A stretch of 64,000 nt of DNA from Candidatus Melainabacteria bacterium 17Bon1m. GTDB taxonomy: Bacteria > Cyanobacteriota > Vampirovibrionia > Obscuribacterales > Obscuribacteraceae. Positions 29,023-39,822 of this stretch are shown here, piece by piece; positions within the stretch are counted from its first letter, which is position 1; every line of letters begins with the position of its first letter. Below the pieces are notes generated by a model. It saw only the letters and a program-made list of their open reading frames with translations. It was not told where the DNA came from and did no database searches. The position numbers were made by a program, and so were the translations under genes. Location of the stretch: the NCBI GenBank assembly GCA_032128875.1, contig JAVLKG010000008.1, positions 32,001-96,000 of the forward strand, in the 5' to 3' direction.

Positions 29023-31257
29023 TTAGTCCTTCTCTATCAACTCCAGGTCAGGCCGAGCTTTCTTCAGTGCCGCCAGACACCCGGGAGTCACCTTGGTCTC
29101 ACGCAGATCCAATTTTTTCACACCCTTTGCCGAATAGAGACTGGGGATACCGGCGTCCGTAATTGCCCAACAACCGCGCATTCTTACGTCTTCTATCTTC
29201 GGCTTTGAAGCTGCAAAAGCTGCAAGACCGGCGTCATCAAAAGCATTCCAGCTGATATCGAGGAAGGTAAGATTCTGAAACTTACCAAAAATAGGCATGC
29301 AGTCGTTCCCCAAATGACAAGAATGAAGATTGAGGTGGTCCAATTTCGGCAGACGGGAAAGCGATTTGATACCAGCAGCGGTGAATTTATTACCACCAAA
29401 TTCCAATTGCTTCAGCAATGGCATGTTCGCTGCCGCAGCACACCATGCATCCGAAACTTCCTGCTTATCCAGTCCCAAAAATTCCATTCTCTTCAAATTA
29501 GCAATATACTTCGCCCCACCATCAGTAAGCTTGGCGTTGCATCGATTAAAAGTGAGGTTCTGCATGTTGACCATCTCACTGATAATCGGAAGGCACTTTT
29601 CAGTGACTCCAGTTTTATCGAGAATCAATGAATACAGATTGCGCCCGCGTAAGTACGCTATCCCTTTATCGGTAACCTTCTCACAATCTCTCAAGGTTAG
29701 GTAATTTAACGCTCGAATTTGTCCGACGAATTTCAAACCGGCATCGCCTATTTTGGTATTGTCGAGATTCAAACCGCACAAGAAAGGCATGAGCGGCAGA
29801 TATGCCATACCCGCGTCCGTAACCAAAGTGTCTTCCAAATTCAAATCGCCCAGGTGCTTTTGATTGGACAAATACGCGAGCGAAGGGTCGTCAATTTTCG
29901 AATCGGAGCAGTCCAGCCTCGTAACACCAATGTCTTCGCGGAAAAACCGTTCGGCAAAAGCCCGATCAAACTTCCTGTGATCGACATATCCAATCATTGC
30001 CAGGCGTTCTTTATTGCGCTCTTCTTGAACACGATCGAGAAACTGAATTGGACGATTTGCCATCTTCTTTTCAGGCGGCACTGCTGCTTTGTCCGCTCGC
30101 TCTGCGGCTTGCACATTGACCACCTTAACAAAATAGAGAACGCTGGAGACAATCCCTAAAAGTGAAAAAGCGGCGGCCGCGGAAAGCAAGAAGAGCTGCT
30201 TTTGCTCACGGTTTAGCCTCAGTAGCCGCCACTTCGAGTATTGAGTACTTTCCGCTTGCGCGACGAGCTTCTGCACGCGAATGGTTTCTTCCAGCAAAGC
30301 ATTCATCGATTGAAATCTATCGGCGGGCTCTTTAGCAAGCGCCTTGGCCAGCAGCTCTTCAACCTCCACGGCAAAAGTCATATCCGGCCGAACTTCAGCC
30401 AGCGTTCGCGCTGGTTTTGAAATCTGGTCGACAATGACGGAAACCATAGACTCGCCGGAGAATGGCGGCTTGCCTGTGATTGCTTCAAACATCACACAAC
30501 CAAGCGAATAAACGTCGGAGCGCGCATCTAATTCTCCACCACGACATTGCTCAGGGCTCATGTACTGCGGTGTACCAATCAGCTCGCCGGTCTGAGTCAT
30601 TCTCGTTGACTCGTTCTCCATGATCTTGGCGATACCAAAGTCGACAAGTTTTGCTTCGGGAAACGCACAATCATAGTCAGTGACCATGATGTTGCTTGGT
30701 TTCAAATCTCTATGCAAAACGCCGCGCTCATGGGCATGTTGCAGCGCCTCGGCGATTTGAATCGCAATGTTCAGAACGGCTTCCAATCTGAGCGGACCTT
30801 GTTTCAAAACAACCGAAAGGGGCTTACCTTCGAGGAAATCCATTACCATGTACGGCTGCCCGTGCTCGGACAAACCAAAGTCATGGACTTTGATGACGTT
30901 GGGATGTGAAAGACCGCTCACAGCCTGTGCTTCATGCTGAAAACGTTTAATTACAGCCTCATTCATCAAGTGGCTGTGCAGCATTTTTACAGCCACGAGC
31001 CGCTTCAAAACCGGATGGCGAGCCTTATAAATAACGCCCATACCGCCCGATCCGACAAACTCGAGGAATTCATAATTACCGACAAGCTTGCGCCCTTCGC
31101 CGAGCGTATCCGTCAGATCCGTTCCATCTTTCGGACACTTAGTGACAGAAAGCGGCACCTCAAAACCACATTCCGGACACTTGTGCTTCGCGGAAAAGTC
31201 AACTGCTGTCACTTGCCCGGGCGTCGTGACTACTGTTTTTGGATCTTCGGGATTCAC
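29023..31257 (-). CDS. Ser/Thr kinase with N-terminal zinc ribbon, TM and C-terminal LRR
   Basis: CPECG..CPKDG; GSGGMG, VAVK, HRDLKPSN, DFG and YMSPE motifs; one TM; LxLxxTxVTDxG repeats. Confidence 0.93.
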   Translation of the reverse strand: MNPEDPKTVVTTPGQVTAVDFSAKHKCPECGFEVPLSVTKCPKDGTDLTDTLGEGRKLVGNYEFLEFVGSGGMGVIYKARHPVLKRLVAVKMLHSHLMNEAVIKRFQHEAQAVSGLSHPNVIKVHDFGLSEHGQPYMVMDFLEGKPLSVVLKQGPLRLEAVLNIAIQIAEALQHAHERGVLHRDLKPSNIMVTDYDCAFPEAKLVDFGIAKIMENESTRMTQTGELIGTPQYMSPEQCRGGELDARSDVYSLGCVMFEAITGKPPFSGESMVSVIVDQISKPARTLAEVRPDMTFAVEVEELLAKALAKEPADRFQSMNALLEETIRVQKLVAQAESTQYSKWRLLRLNREQKQLFLLSAAAAFSLLGIVSSVLYFVKVVNVQAAERADKAAVPPEKKMANRPIQFLDRVQEERNKERLAMIGYVDHRKFDRAFAERFFREDIGVTRLDCSDSKIDDPSLAYLSNQKHLGDLNLEDTLVTDAGMAYLPLMPFLCGLNLDNTKIGDAGLKFVGQIRALNYLTLRDCEKVTDKGIAYLRGRNLYSLILDKTGVTEKCLPIISEMVNMQNLTFNRCNAKLTDGGAKYIANLKRMEFLGLDKQEVSDAWCAAAANMPLLKQLEFGGNKFTAAGIKSLSRLPKLDHLNLHSCHLGNDCMPIFGKFQNLTFLDISWNAFDDAGLAAFAASKPKIEDVRMRGCWAITDAGIPSLYSAKGVKKLDLRETKVTPGCLAALKKARPDLELIEKD

Positions 31258-31325
31258 CTGATGAACCGTCCGAGATAGGGGCTGACATAGTTTTACCCAG
31301 AAAGCCCCTAGTGGACACTTTTAAG

Positions 31326-31649
31326 CTACCGTCCTGCCATTGAACGAAAGAATGCAAGGACAAACCAAACGATCAGGCAGATAATCGCGATTTGGACTAT
31401 TGGACGGGCGAAAGGTTTGAGATGCGCATACTTCGGCGGCAGCTTATCTGCCACTACAGACGCCACCACGTCCGCAATTTCGAACAGCATCTGAGCGAAA
31501 TTGATGAAGACTTTCATCAGCGGCTTTACCAGAGACGCAAAGCGCACCTTCTGACCTGTCATCGTTTGAAAACCCGCAATGATCAGAGCAGGTCCAAAAA
31601 ATATAGCGATAAAGAAAAAAACTAATCCTGAAATTTCTGTTTGAAACAT
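31326..31649 (-). CDS. Small membrane protein
   Basis: GAGGT RBS before ATG 31649; two strongly hydrophobic segments. Confidence 0.65.
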   Translation of the reverse strand: MFQTEISGLVFFFIAIFFGPALIIAGFQTMTGQKVRFASLVKPLMKVFINFAQMLFEIADVVASVVADKLPPKYAHLKPFARPIVQIAIICLIVWFVLAFFRSMAGR

Positions 31650-32081
31650 GATGTTGACCTCGTTTTTAATGGGAGAAACGGCCGCGGCGCCGGCATCTTG
31701 CCGGCTTTTCAACGGACGGAGCGCAGCCATCCTGGCGGCTTTTCAAGTTTCACAAACAGCAAACCGCCCCGACAATGCGACAATGCGACTATGCGGCAAC
31801 CATCAACGAACCCGTAGTCCGAGAAGAATTGCACGACTTGCCGATAGGCGTTTTTGGGAGACGATTTGCCTTGCTGATTTACTACTAGTGAAACTTTGAT
31901 TTCACCCTATCGGCAGCATGTGGTTCGCCACTAGAGAGCAGCCTTAAATGCTGGTGTGGTCCTACGCCGCGCGAATAGCGAACCTCGCGCAAACCGGACG
32001 GCATCTGTGCAACAAGTGCCGGCTGGAAGCCAGCGCTCCGGCCGCCCCCCTCCGGGCGAACGACGTTCGGAATCACCCCTA

Positions 32082-32155
32082 TAAAAACAGGTCGCATGCA
32101 ATGCGACCCCACGCTGAGAATTAAAAACAGGTCGCGTGCAACGCGACCCCACGCT
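32082..32155. repeat. Direct repeat of a 34-bp REP-like hairpin unit
   Basis: TAAAAACAGGTCGC(A/G)TGCAA(T/C)GCGACCCCACGCT at 32082-32115 and 32122-32155. Confidence 0.85.
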
Positions 32156-34359
32156 TAATATCGGATTTGCACGTGATGCTCTGGTCGGGTGAGCTGGTCT
32201 TTCAATTGTTCGGCAGCGGCTTTAGTAACGCCGGATTCCTGCATGTCGATAAACTGCAAGTCTCTCATCTGTGACAACGGCACAGTCACGGAATTGTCGA
32301 GCTTGGTGAATCGCAGCTGCAGTTGTGACAAGTTGGGCAAATACTTCGGAAAGAGCGCAAGAGTTTTCGCATCTATCGAACAGCTGTTCAAACTCAAGCT
32401 CTTCAGACGTTGAATCTTACCCAAAAGCGGTATCCACGAGGCATCAACCTGAGAACCATTCAAATTCAAATACTCGAGAGAGGGCATACCGCACAAAGAC
32501 TTGATACCGTCAGTAGTGACACTATTAAATCCAAACTCAAGCGCTATCACATGCTGTAGTCGTCCAATTGCAGCAATTCCAGTTGGACTCAGGCTGCAAT
32601 TAGAAGCATCTACAAACTGCAAAGATGGCAATGATTCAAGATTCTTTATTCCATCACCTCGAAGGCTTTTGCAAGCTCTAAAGCCGAGGCGCTGCAACTG
32701 TTTCATCGACGCAATATCTTTGAAGACATCATCAGTCACCGGCGCGCCGGAGAAAAAGAGCGATCGAAGCTGCAGCCCGGATATGGATTTTAAGCCATCG
32801 TTAGTAATTTCATTGCCCTGAACGGATAGGTTCTTCAAAGAGGTAATTTCCGCAAGATATTTCATGCCTCGATCTGTAAGCCCGGTGCGGTCCAGGTGCA
32901 GCTCTAGCAGTTCGTGCAATGTACGTAAGTTAGATATCCCGGCGTCGGTTATATTTGTAGAGTCCAAGGATAAAAAGTGCAGACTTTTTTGAGTGGGCAA
33001 AATCGCCAGACTCTTGTCCGTAATCTGTGAATTGGATACATCAAGGGCGCTGATACCTAAATCGGTGTTGAAATACTCACTGAAAAACTTATCGTCCATA
33101 CGCTTAGGATCGAGATAGCGCACCATCTTAGTACGCTCCAGCGTCAAGAGTTTATCGAGTCTTGCAGACTCCTCCAACTGCGCAGACGACACGCGACCCA
33201 GCATCGCTTTTCCAATCATATTTGTCAGCATGATCGAACTTCCTGCTACTCCCAGAAGGCTAAAACCGGCAGCAAGTGAAATCAGCACCAGCTGCCGCTG
33301 TTCGCGATTCCACCTCATTTGCCGGGCACCTGTCGCATCCAATTTTTCGGGGCGACCGACCAGCGCTTGCACCTTTGTGAGATCATCGAGCATCAATTTC
33401 ATCGATTGATATCGATCAGCAGGATCTTTCGCGAGAGCTTTAGCCATGAGGTCTTCCAACGGCTGTGGAAACTTCATGTCCGGTCTGACTTCAGAAAGTG
33501 TGCGCGCTGGTTTTGAAATTTGGTCGACAATAACGGAGACCATAGATGAGCCTGAGAAGGGCGGTTTGCCAGTGATCGCTTCAAATAGAACACAGCCCAG
33601 GGCGTAAATGTCGGAGCGTGCATCAAGCTCGCCGCCCTGACATTGCTCTGGGCTCATGTACTGCGGAGTGCCCAACAACTCGCCAGTTTGCGTAACCTTT
33701 GTCGAATCGCTTTCCAATATTTTGGCGATGCCGAAATCAACAATCTTCACTTCCGGAAATGCACAATCGTAATCTGAAACCATGATGTTACTCGGCTTAA
33801 GATCGCGGTGTAGGACATTTCGATCATGAGCATGTTGCAATGCATGGGCAAGTTGAATGGCGATGTTAATCGCAGCCTCCACAGACAGCGGGCCATTTCG
33901 CAATATCTCTGAAAGCGGCTTTCCATCAATGAAATCCATGACCATGTAAGGCTGGCCGTGCTCTGACACACCATAGTCATGCACAGCGATGATACATCGG
34001 TGTGACAGTCCGCTGACCGCCTCCGCTTCTTGCTGAAACCGCCGTGTTATCACGTCCGACATCAAATGGCTGTGCAGCATTTTTATAGCGACCAAGCGTT
34101 TTAATACCGGATTTTTAGCCTTGTAAATCACACCCATGCCGCCGGAGCCAATGAATTCCAGGAATTCATAATTGCCGACCAGCTTGCGTCCCTCACCGAG
34201 CGTGTCGTCGATTATTGTGCCGTCCTTCGGACAGGCAGCAACAGTGAGAGGTACATTCAATCCGCACTTTGGACAGACACGACTGGCAGGTGTTTGTACA
34301 GGAGTCTTCGGCTCATTGCCAGACTGCGTTGAGATGGTGACCGCATCTTCGTCCTGCAC
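32155..34359 (-). CDS. Ser/Thr kinase with zinc ribbon, TM and LRR (paralog 2)
   Basis: Same architecture with intact kinase motifs (HRDLKPSN, DFG, YMSPE). Confidence 0.93.
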   Translation of the reverse strand: MQDEDAVTISTQSGNEPKTPVQTPASRVCPKCGLNVPLTVAACPKDGTIIDDTLGEGRKLVGNYEFLEFIGSGGMGVIYKAKNPVLKRLVAIKMLHSHLMSDVITRRFQQEAEAVSGLSHRCIIAVHDYGVSEHGQPYMVMDFIDGKPLSEILRNGPLSVEAAINIAIQLAHALQHAHDRNVLHRDLKPSNIMVSDYDCAFPEVKIVDFGIAKILESDSTKVTQTGELLGTPQYMSPEQCQGGELDARSDIYALGCVLFEAITGKPPFSGSSMVSVIVDQISKPARTLSEVRPDMKFPQPLEDLMAKALAKDPADRYQSMKLMLDDLTKVQALVGRPEKLDATGARQMRWNREQRQLVLISLAAGFSLLGVAGSSIMLTNMIGKAMLGRVSSAQLEESARLDKLLTLERTKMVRYLDPKRMDDKFFSEYFNTDLGISALDVSNSQITDKSLAILPTQKSLHFLSLDSTNITDAGISNLRTLHELLELHLDRTGLTDRGMKYLAEITSLKNLSVQGNEITNDGLKSISGLQLRSLFFSGAPVTDDVFKDIASMKQLQRLGFRACKSLRGDGIKNLESLPSLQFVDASNCSLSPTGIAAIGRLQHVIALEFGFNSVTTDGIKSLCGMPSLEYLNLNGSQVDASWIPLLGKIQRLKSLSLNSCSIDAKTLALFPKYLPNLSQLQLRFTKLDNSVTVPLSQMRDLQFIDMQESGVTKAAAEQLKDQLTRPEHHVQIRY

Positions 34360-34368
34360 AACCAGCCC

Positions 34369-36660
34369 TCAGAATTTTACTTCAGCGCCATGCAATGCCT
34401 TTTTTAGAGATTCCTGAGAGGGTCTGCCGACCGCGGCGCCCTGGACATCGACGGATTCCAGAGTCTTTAACTTGCGTAATTCCAGAACACCCTTTTCTGT
34501 CACCCGGGTATTGCTCAAATCGAGGTGCTTGAGAGCGGGAAGTTTTGCGGCGATGAGAGCTAATGTTGCATCGTCGATGTCGGAATTTGCCAGCACCAAT
34601 GTGTCCAAAGCCGGCAATTTGACTACTTCTTCCAACCTAGCCGGAGAAAAATTGGTAAAACTCAAGTCGAGTGTTTTCAAATTTGGCAAAGTCTCCAGTG
34701 CTGTAATCGCACCATCCTCGATTTTGCAACCGGACAAGACGAGTTTGCGCAGACTGGCTATTTGTGCGACTTCATCGAGATCTTCTACAGCGATTTCGCT
34801 GTCTTTCAGATCCAGCCATTCCAATTGTTTCGCTGCTGCCAAAGCAAGGAAATTCTTTTCCCCTTTAGGAGAATACTCTCCTATTTCTAAGTGTTGTAGC
34901 TTGGGAAACTTGCTTATTGTTGTTAGTCCCTCAGCGCTAACGCGGGTTCCGGTCAAAAACAAGTCATGCAGGTTTGCGCTCGGAATCGCAGCGATGCCTT
35001 TATCTCCGACGCTTGTGTGCTCTACGGAAAGTTTTTCGAGCGTGGTCATATTGGTGAGGTGCTTGATGCCGGCATCAGTAACAGCGGTTTTGTCGAGGTA
35101 CAAACGCTCAACTTTTGGCATTGTGGCTATGTATGTGAGATCGTTGTCTTTGATTTTCGTATTGTCCAAATGAATCGAGACTACGTTCTTTTGAAGCGAA
35201 ATGAATGGGATGCCAAAGCTGGACACGTCATTGTCGGCAAGTTCCATTTTCGTTATGCCTGTATCCACATCAAAGAATGTGCGAAGCAGCTCATCATCAG
35301 CCTTGCTCATGTTCAAATACTGAACGAGCTTTCTGCGCTCGTTCATTTTGGCAATGGGCAAATTGTTGACCGCTGCCAGCGGATTACTCAAAATCGCCCT
35401 GGTTATGTGGGTTGTCTGAGAATCATGCACAACCTTGATGAATGAAATTGAAGTGACAGCAACTGTGCCAAGGGTGGCAAGTGAGCCAAGCATCAGCAAA
35501 AAGAGATTGCGCTGCTCTTTATTCAAGCGCATGACACGCATTTTGGACCAGGCAGTCGAACTCTGTTGTGCAAGAACTTTGTGCACGTCGATTAGATCAG
35601 TTGTCAGCTCAGACATGGACTGATAGCGGTCGGCCGGGTCTTTGGCGAGCATTTTGGCAATAATGTCTTCCAGGTGCCCAGGGAATAGCATGTCAGGGCG
35701 GGTTTCTTTCAATGTGCGCGGGGCGGTATTCATCTGGTCGACAATAACCGAAACCATCGAATGCCCAGCAAACAACGCTTTTCCTGTCATGGCTTCGAAC
35801 ATCACGCAACCAAGTGAATAGATATCCGAGCGGGCATCCAGGTTGCCCCCGCGGCACTGCTCAGGGCTCATGTACTGTGGCGTTCCGATCAGTTCGCCGG
35901 TTTGAGTCATGCGAGTTTTTTCGGATTCGAGAACTTTGGCAATACCGAAGTCGACTATTTTTACTTCCGGTTCAGCTTTTTCAAGGTTGGTGACCATGAT
36001 ATTGCTGGGCTTCAAATCTCGGTGCAAAACGCCCCTGTCATGCGCGTGCTGAAGCCCTTCAGTGAGCTGAATAATAATCTTGAGCACTGCTTCTATGTTA
36101 AGCGGAGTCGCTTGCAAAACATCCGAAAGCGGCTTGCCTTCTACGAAATCCATGACCATATAGGGCTGACCATGCTCGGACACACCGTAGTCGTGAACAT
36201 GAATAATGTTGCGGTGATCGAGCGAGCTGACGGCCTCCGCTTCTTGCTGAAAGCGCTTGTTGATCGCATCCGAAACAAGATGCCCATGCAACATTTTTAT
36301 CGCTACAAGACGGTTTAAAACCGGGTGACGCGCTTTGTAAATGACGCCCATGCCGCCGGCGCCGATAAACTGGATAAACTCATATTTGCCAACCAGCTGA
36401 ATTCCAGGCTGTCCATGAACGGTAATTGGCGTGCCGTCTTTCGGACAAATGCCCACGGACATCGGCAACTCCAAACCGCAAGAATGGCAAGCGTGAGTAC
36501 CGGGTGGCGGAGTTTGTTGCCCGGCGATTGTGAAGTTTAGGGTCTTAGGATCGTCGATTTCCACTGTACTAATCCAGTACGAAGCTGGAGACTCCTGTGC
36601 CTGTTTTGTACCCAGGCATGCGGCTAATGAGACTGCCTGTGCAGGCGTAATATCAGCCAC
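34369..36660 (-). CDS. Ser/Thr kinase with zinc ribbon, TM and LRR (paralog 3)
   Basis: Same architecture. By comparison with the paralogs the true start may be the GTG at 36564. Confidence 0.92.
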   Translation of the reverse strand: MADITPAQAVSLAACLGTKQAQESPASYWISTVEIDDPKTLNFTIAGQQTPPPGTHACHSCGLELPMSVGICPKDGTPITVHGQPGIQLVGKYEFIQFIGAGGMGVIYKARHPVLNRLVAIKMLHGHLVSDAINKRFQQEAEAVSSLDHRNIIHVHDYGVSEHGQPYMVMDFVEGKPLSDVLQATPLNIEAVLKIIIQLTEGLQHAHDRGVLHRDLKPSNIMVTNLEKAEPEVKIVDFGIAKVLESEKTRMTQTGELIGTPQYMSPEQCRGGNLDARSDIYSLGCVMFEAMTGKALFAGHSMVSVIVDQMNTAPRTLKETRPDMLFPGHLEDIIAKMLAKDPADRYQSMSELTTDLIDVHKVLAQQSSTAWSKMRVMRLNKEQRNLFLLMLGSLATLGTVAVTSISFIKVVHDSQTTHITRAILSNPLAAVNNLPIAKMNERRKLVQYLNMSKADDELLRTFFDVDTGITKMELADNDVSSFGIPFISLQKNVVSIHLDNTKIKDNDLTYIATMPKVERLYLDKTAVTDAGIKHLTNMTTLEKLSVEHTSVGDKGIAAIPSANLHDLFLTGTRVSAEGLTTISKFPKLQHLEIGEYSPKGEKNFLALAAAKQLEWLDLKDSEIAVEDLDEVAQIASLRKLVLSGCKIEDGAITALETLPNLKTLDLSFTNFSPARLEEVVKLPALDTLVLANSDIDDATLALIAAKLPALKHLDLSNTRVTEKGVLELRKLKTLESVDVQGAAVGRPSQESLKKALHGAEVKF

Positions 36661-36725
36661 TGGCGAAGTTCAGCGGTTTTGAAAAACACTGATCAATCGA
36701 AAGGTTAAACGCCAGACGCCTTAAT

Positions 36726-38102
36726 TTACGCCTTGTTGACGCCTTGCTTGGAAAGATACTCGCGCGCTTCTGCCACCACATACAGTGAGCCCATAATGCA
36801 AATCACATCAGTTTCGGATGCGATAGAAAGAGCCTTGTCGACAGCCGTAGGCACGGATTCGGTGATGCACACATCCGGATGTTCGGGCTCGAACATACCA
36901 ATAACATCCTGAATCGCTACCGGATCAAGAGCCCTGGCATTCTGCGACTTGGTGGCTACTGCAAATTTGTTGAGCGGCTCCAGCTCGCGCCAAATGGCTG
37001 TAATGTTTTTGTCGCTATTGACGCCAACGACGAAAATACATTTTTCCACGTGAAAAAGCTGTTTTAAGGCACTTGCCAGCGCAGCGGCGGATTCGTGATT
37101 GTGAGCGCCGTCCAAGACAATAAGGGGTCCTTTGACTTTGCCTTCCTCGGTAACTTCACCTTGCATGATCTCCAGGCGACCAGGCAGTGTGGCATTCTTC
37201 AGTCCATCGATGATCTGTTTGCTGGCGACCGGCACACCTCGCTTCGCGAGCGCATCGGCAGCCGCAACCGCCGTGACGGCATTGAGCATCTGGTGCTGAC
37301 CGAGCAAGGGGAAGAAAACTTGAATCGATTCACCGGCGCGGTCGATTTGCATCGTCTGGCCGTCTTTGGTGTGGCTCACAGGCTTAAACTTGTAAGTGCG
37401 TCCGACATCTATCAACTCAGAGCGATTTTCGGCGCAGTTTCTCGCCACCGCCGATCTTGCCCCCATATCCTTTTGCGGAGCGAGAATAGTTGTTGAGCCT
37501 GGCTTGATAATTCCGGCTTTGTTGTTGGCAATTTCGGTGGGAGTGCTGCCGAGCGCTTCAGTGTGCTCTAGCGAAATTGGCGTAATGACAACGAGGTCGG
37601 TACTGTCAAAAACGTTGGTTATGTCAAAACGTCCACCCATTCCAACTTCCACGACCTGCCAGTGGGTTTTGGGCTGACGAGTGGCAGCCAGATGGAAAAA
37701 CAGCGCGGTTATCAGGCCGAAGGTGGAGAGGGGAGCAGTGTCTGCTTTCATCTCTTCTTCGATTGCCGGCAAAATCTCAGTAAGTCCCCTGGCGAATTCT
37801 TCCTCGGCAACAGGCTCGAGATTAAACTCGATGCGCTCGCAATAAGAGTGCAGGTGCGGGCTGGTGAAAAGAGCGGTATTGAAACCGGTTTCGCGAAGGA
37901 TCGAGGCGATCATAATCGACGTGCTGCCCTTGCCTTTGGACCCGGTCACGTGGATGGTATTGCGCCCTTGATGCGGGTTGCCCAAACGGTTCAACAGCGA
38001 ACGCATCGAGTTGAGGCTCATTGTTGAGCCACGCGAACCGTGCGTCCCCCTCTCCATGTCAGGAAAGGAAAGTAAGAACTCGATTGCCTCCGAATAATTC
38101 AT
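36726..38102 (-). CDS. folC: Bifunctional folylpolyglutamate/dihydrofolate synthase
   Basis: IHVTGSKGKGST, FTSPHL, EVGMGGRFD.TN, LPGRLE, LDGAHN and GSLYVV motifs. Confidence 0.96.
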   Translation of the reverse strand: MNYSEAIEFLLSFPDMERGTHGSRGSTMSLNSMRSLLNRLGNPHQGRNTIHVTGSKGKGSTSIMIASILRETGFNTALFTSPHLHSYCERIEFNLEPVAEEEFARGLTEILPAIEEEMKADTAPLSTFGLITALFFHLAATRQPKTHWQVVEVGMGGRFDITNVFDSTDLVVITPISLEHTEALGSTPTEIANNKAGIIKPGSTTILAPQKDMGARSAVARNCAENRSELIDVGRTYKFKPVSHTKDGQTMQIDRAGESIQVFFPLLGQHQMLNAVTAVAAADALAKRGVPVASKQIIDGLKNATLPGRLEIMQGEVTEEGKVKGPLIVLDGAHNHESAAALASALKQLFHVEKCIFVVGVNSDKNITAIWRELEPLNKFAVATKSQNARALDPVAIQDVIGMFEPEHPDVCITESVPTAVDKALSIASETDVICIMGSLYVVAEAREYLSKQGVNKA

Positions 38103-38890
38103 GATGCCCTGGGGATGCCTTTTCTGGTGTTGTGAAGTGAAGGAGCAAACGGCAATTGTCCGTTTTCAACGCGGCGGTTTTCAGGCGAAACTGGGGCCGC
38201 CGGGCCAATCTGCATACTCAACACTATCTGAGTCTTCATTGCAAGAGACTATTAGCTCTTGGTTTTTATTACAGGTGGTCTGTTTGAGTCTTCAGCACAG
38301 CTACACATAGCCGGACCTCCTTAAGCAGAGCGGATCTCGCGCGAGTCTGACAGAGGCGAAGCAAACACTCGCGAAACATACAGCCTTGGTTGTTGGGAGA
38401 TAAGAACTTGAGCTTCGGGCCTGGAAAAGAACTCAAGATTAGCGAAGCTTGTCAAGCATTAATGATCTAGTCAAGATAGGCTAGCGTAGCTAGTGACTAC
38501 CTGCGCGAATCAAGAGCTTTCACTTCAAAGCTAGATTCTGTTTGGCTTTTAGCATCTTCAATCAAACAACAGATTAGTCAAGAATTCCTTGTCTTTCGTT
38601 CTTGATAACTAATAGAGTCGATTTATCTTACAAACCCCATTTTTTCAGAAAGGACATCTCTCTGACTTCGTAAAAGCTTCTTGCTCGCCACTCTCTAGCC
38701 AACTCACACGGGCTTTTGACTGACGAACAAGCACACCTGCCCGCTTTTCAAAGCAATCGAAATCCTGACCAACGGCAAACCACCTGGTCGGGCTGCCGCT
38801 CTTCATGCATAGGGTCTCGACCTCAACCAGACCCTTTGCCTGACGAGCGCACAACTGACTACTCGGCAGCAGCCGAGAGATTAGGAGGCA

Positions 38891-39778
38891 ATGATGCCTA
38901 ACTCTAACCGCAGACGTTCGGGCTCGCAGAAAGCGACAATCGAAGCTGTGCTTGGTGCCGGCGGCATCAAGCTCTTCTGCCTGATCGGCTTTCTGAGAGC
39001 GCTCGAGAAAAAGCGTGTCAACGTCAGCATGTACACCGGTGCATCGGCTGGTTCGCTGGCGGGTCTCTTCTACACCAACGGCTACGCGCCCAAGGAAATG
39101 CTGGATATCTTCCTCGAGGAAGACGTCCGCAACTTCGCTGTCCGCAACCCGTTAACGTTCCTCAACCCGCTCAACTACCTGTCCGGCGGCATCATCGACA
39201 TTCGGGAGTTTGTGCGTCGCCTGGTCGAAAAGTACGAGCTGAAGCCGCAGAAAAACCTGCGCATCCTCACCTACAACGTGCTGCGTCGCGAGCCGGTTCC
39301 CTTCGAAGGCACCAATTACGACGTCATCGATGTTGCGGCTGCGTCTTGCGCTGTTCCTCTCGTCATGAAGCCGGTTCTGCACTGGGGCGGTCAAGGCGAA
39401 GGGGAGAAGAGCAAGTTCGGGATCCTCATGGACGGCGGCATCCACGACATCAACCCGCACAAGTGGGCGAAGGGCAGGGCTGTCGTAGCCAATCTCGGCT
39501 TCGCAGATTCGCTGCCCGATGAGTGGCTGTCACCGCTCGACTGGTATTTCCACCTCATGGAGATGACCTGGTCGAGGGCTCTTAGCTGGTATTTCAAGAT
39601 TCCCGAAGGCGAGCACATCGTCATCGATGTCGCGCCGAAGAACGTGGCCGGCCTGACATTCGGGCTGTCCGCACGCACGTGCCGCGAGATGGAGGAGTAC
39701 TCCTACCAAGTCACGTGCCGTGCTCTGGACGATGAGATCGCCAAAGGTCTCATCCCAGTCAATCAGGGCGTTTCGTAA
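38891..39778 (+). CDS. Patatin-like phospholipase
   Basis: LGAGGIK, GASAG, ASCAVP and DGG motifs; AGGAGG RBS. Confidence 0.92.
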   Translation: MMPNSNRRRSGSQKATIEAVLGAGGIKLFCLIGFLRALEKKRVNVSMYTGASAGSLAGLFYTNGYAPKEMLDIFLEEDVRNFAVRNPLTFLNPLNYLSGGIIDIREFVRRLVEKYELKPQKNLRILTYNVLRREPVPFEGTNYDVIDVAAASCAVPLVMKPVLHWGGQGEGEKSKFGILMDGGIHDINPHKWAKGRAVVANLGFADSLPDEWLSPLDWYFHLMEMTWSRALSWYFKIPEGEHIVIDVAPKNVAGLTFGLSARTCREMEEYSYQVTCRALDDEIAKGLIPVNQGVS

Positions 39779-39822
39779 GAAGCGCTTTCGTCTAACATCT
39801 CACTCAAAACGGAGAAATCCGC

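Noticed and set aside
38891-39778. Patatin as a CBASS CapV effector
   Set aside because: No CD-NTase gene is present in the neighbourhood.
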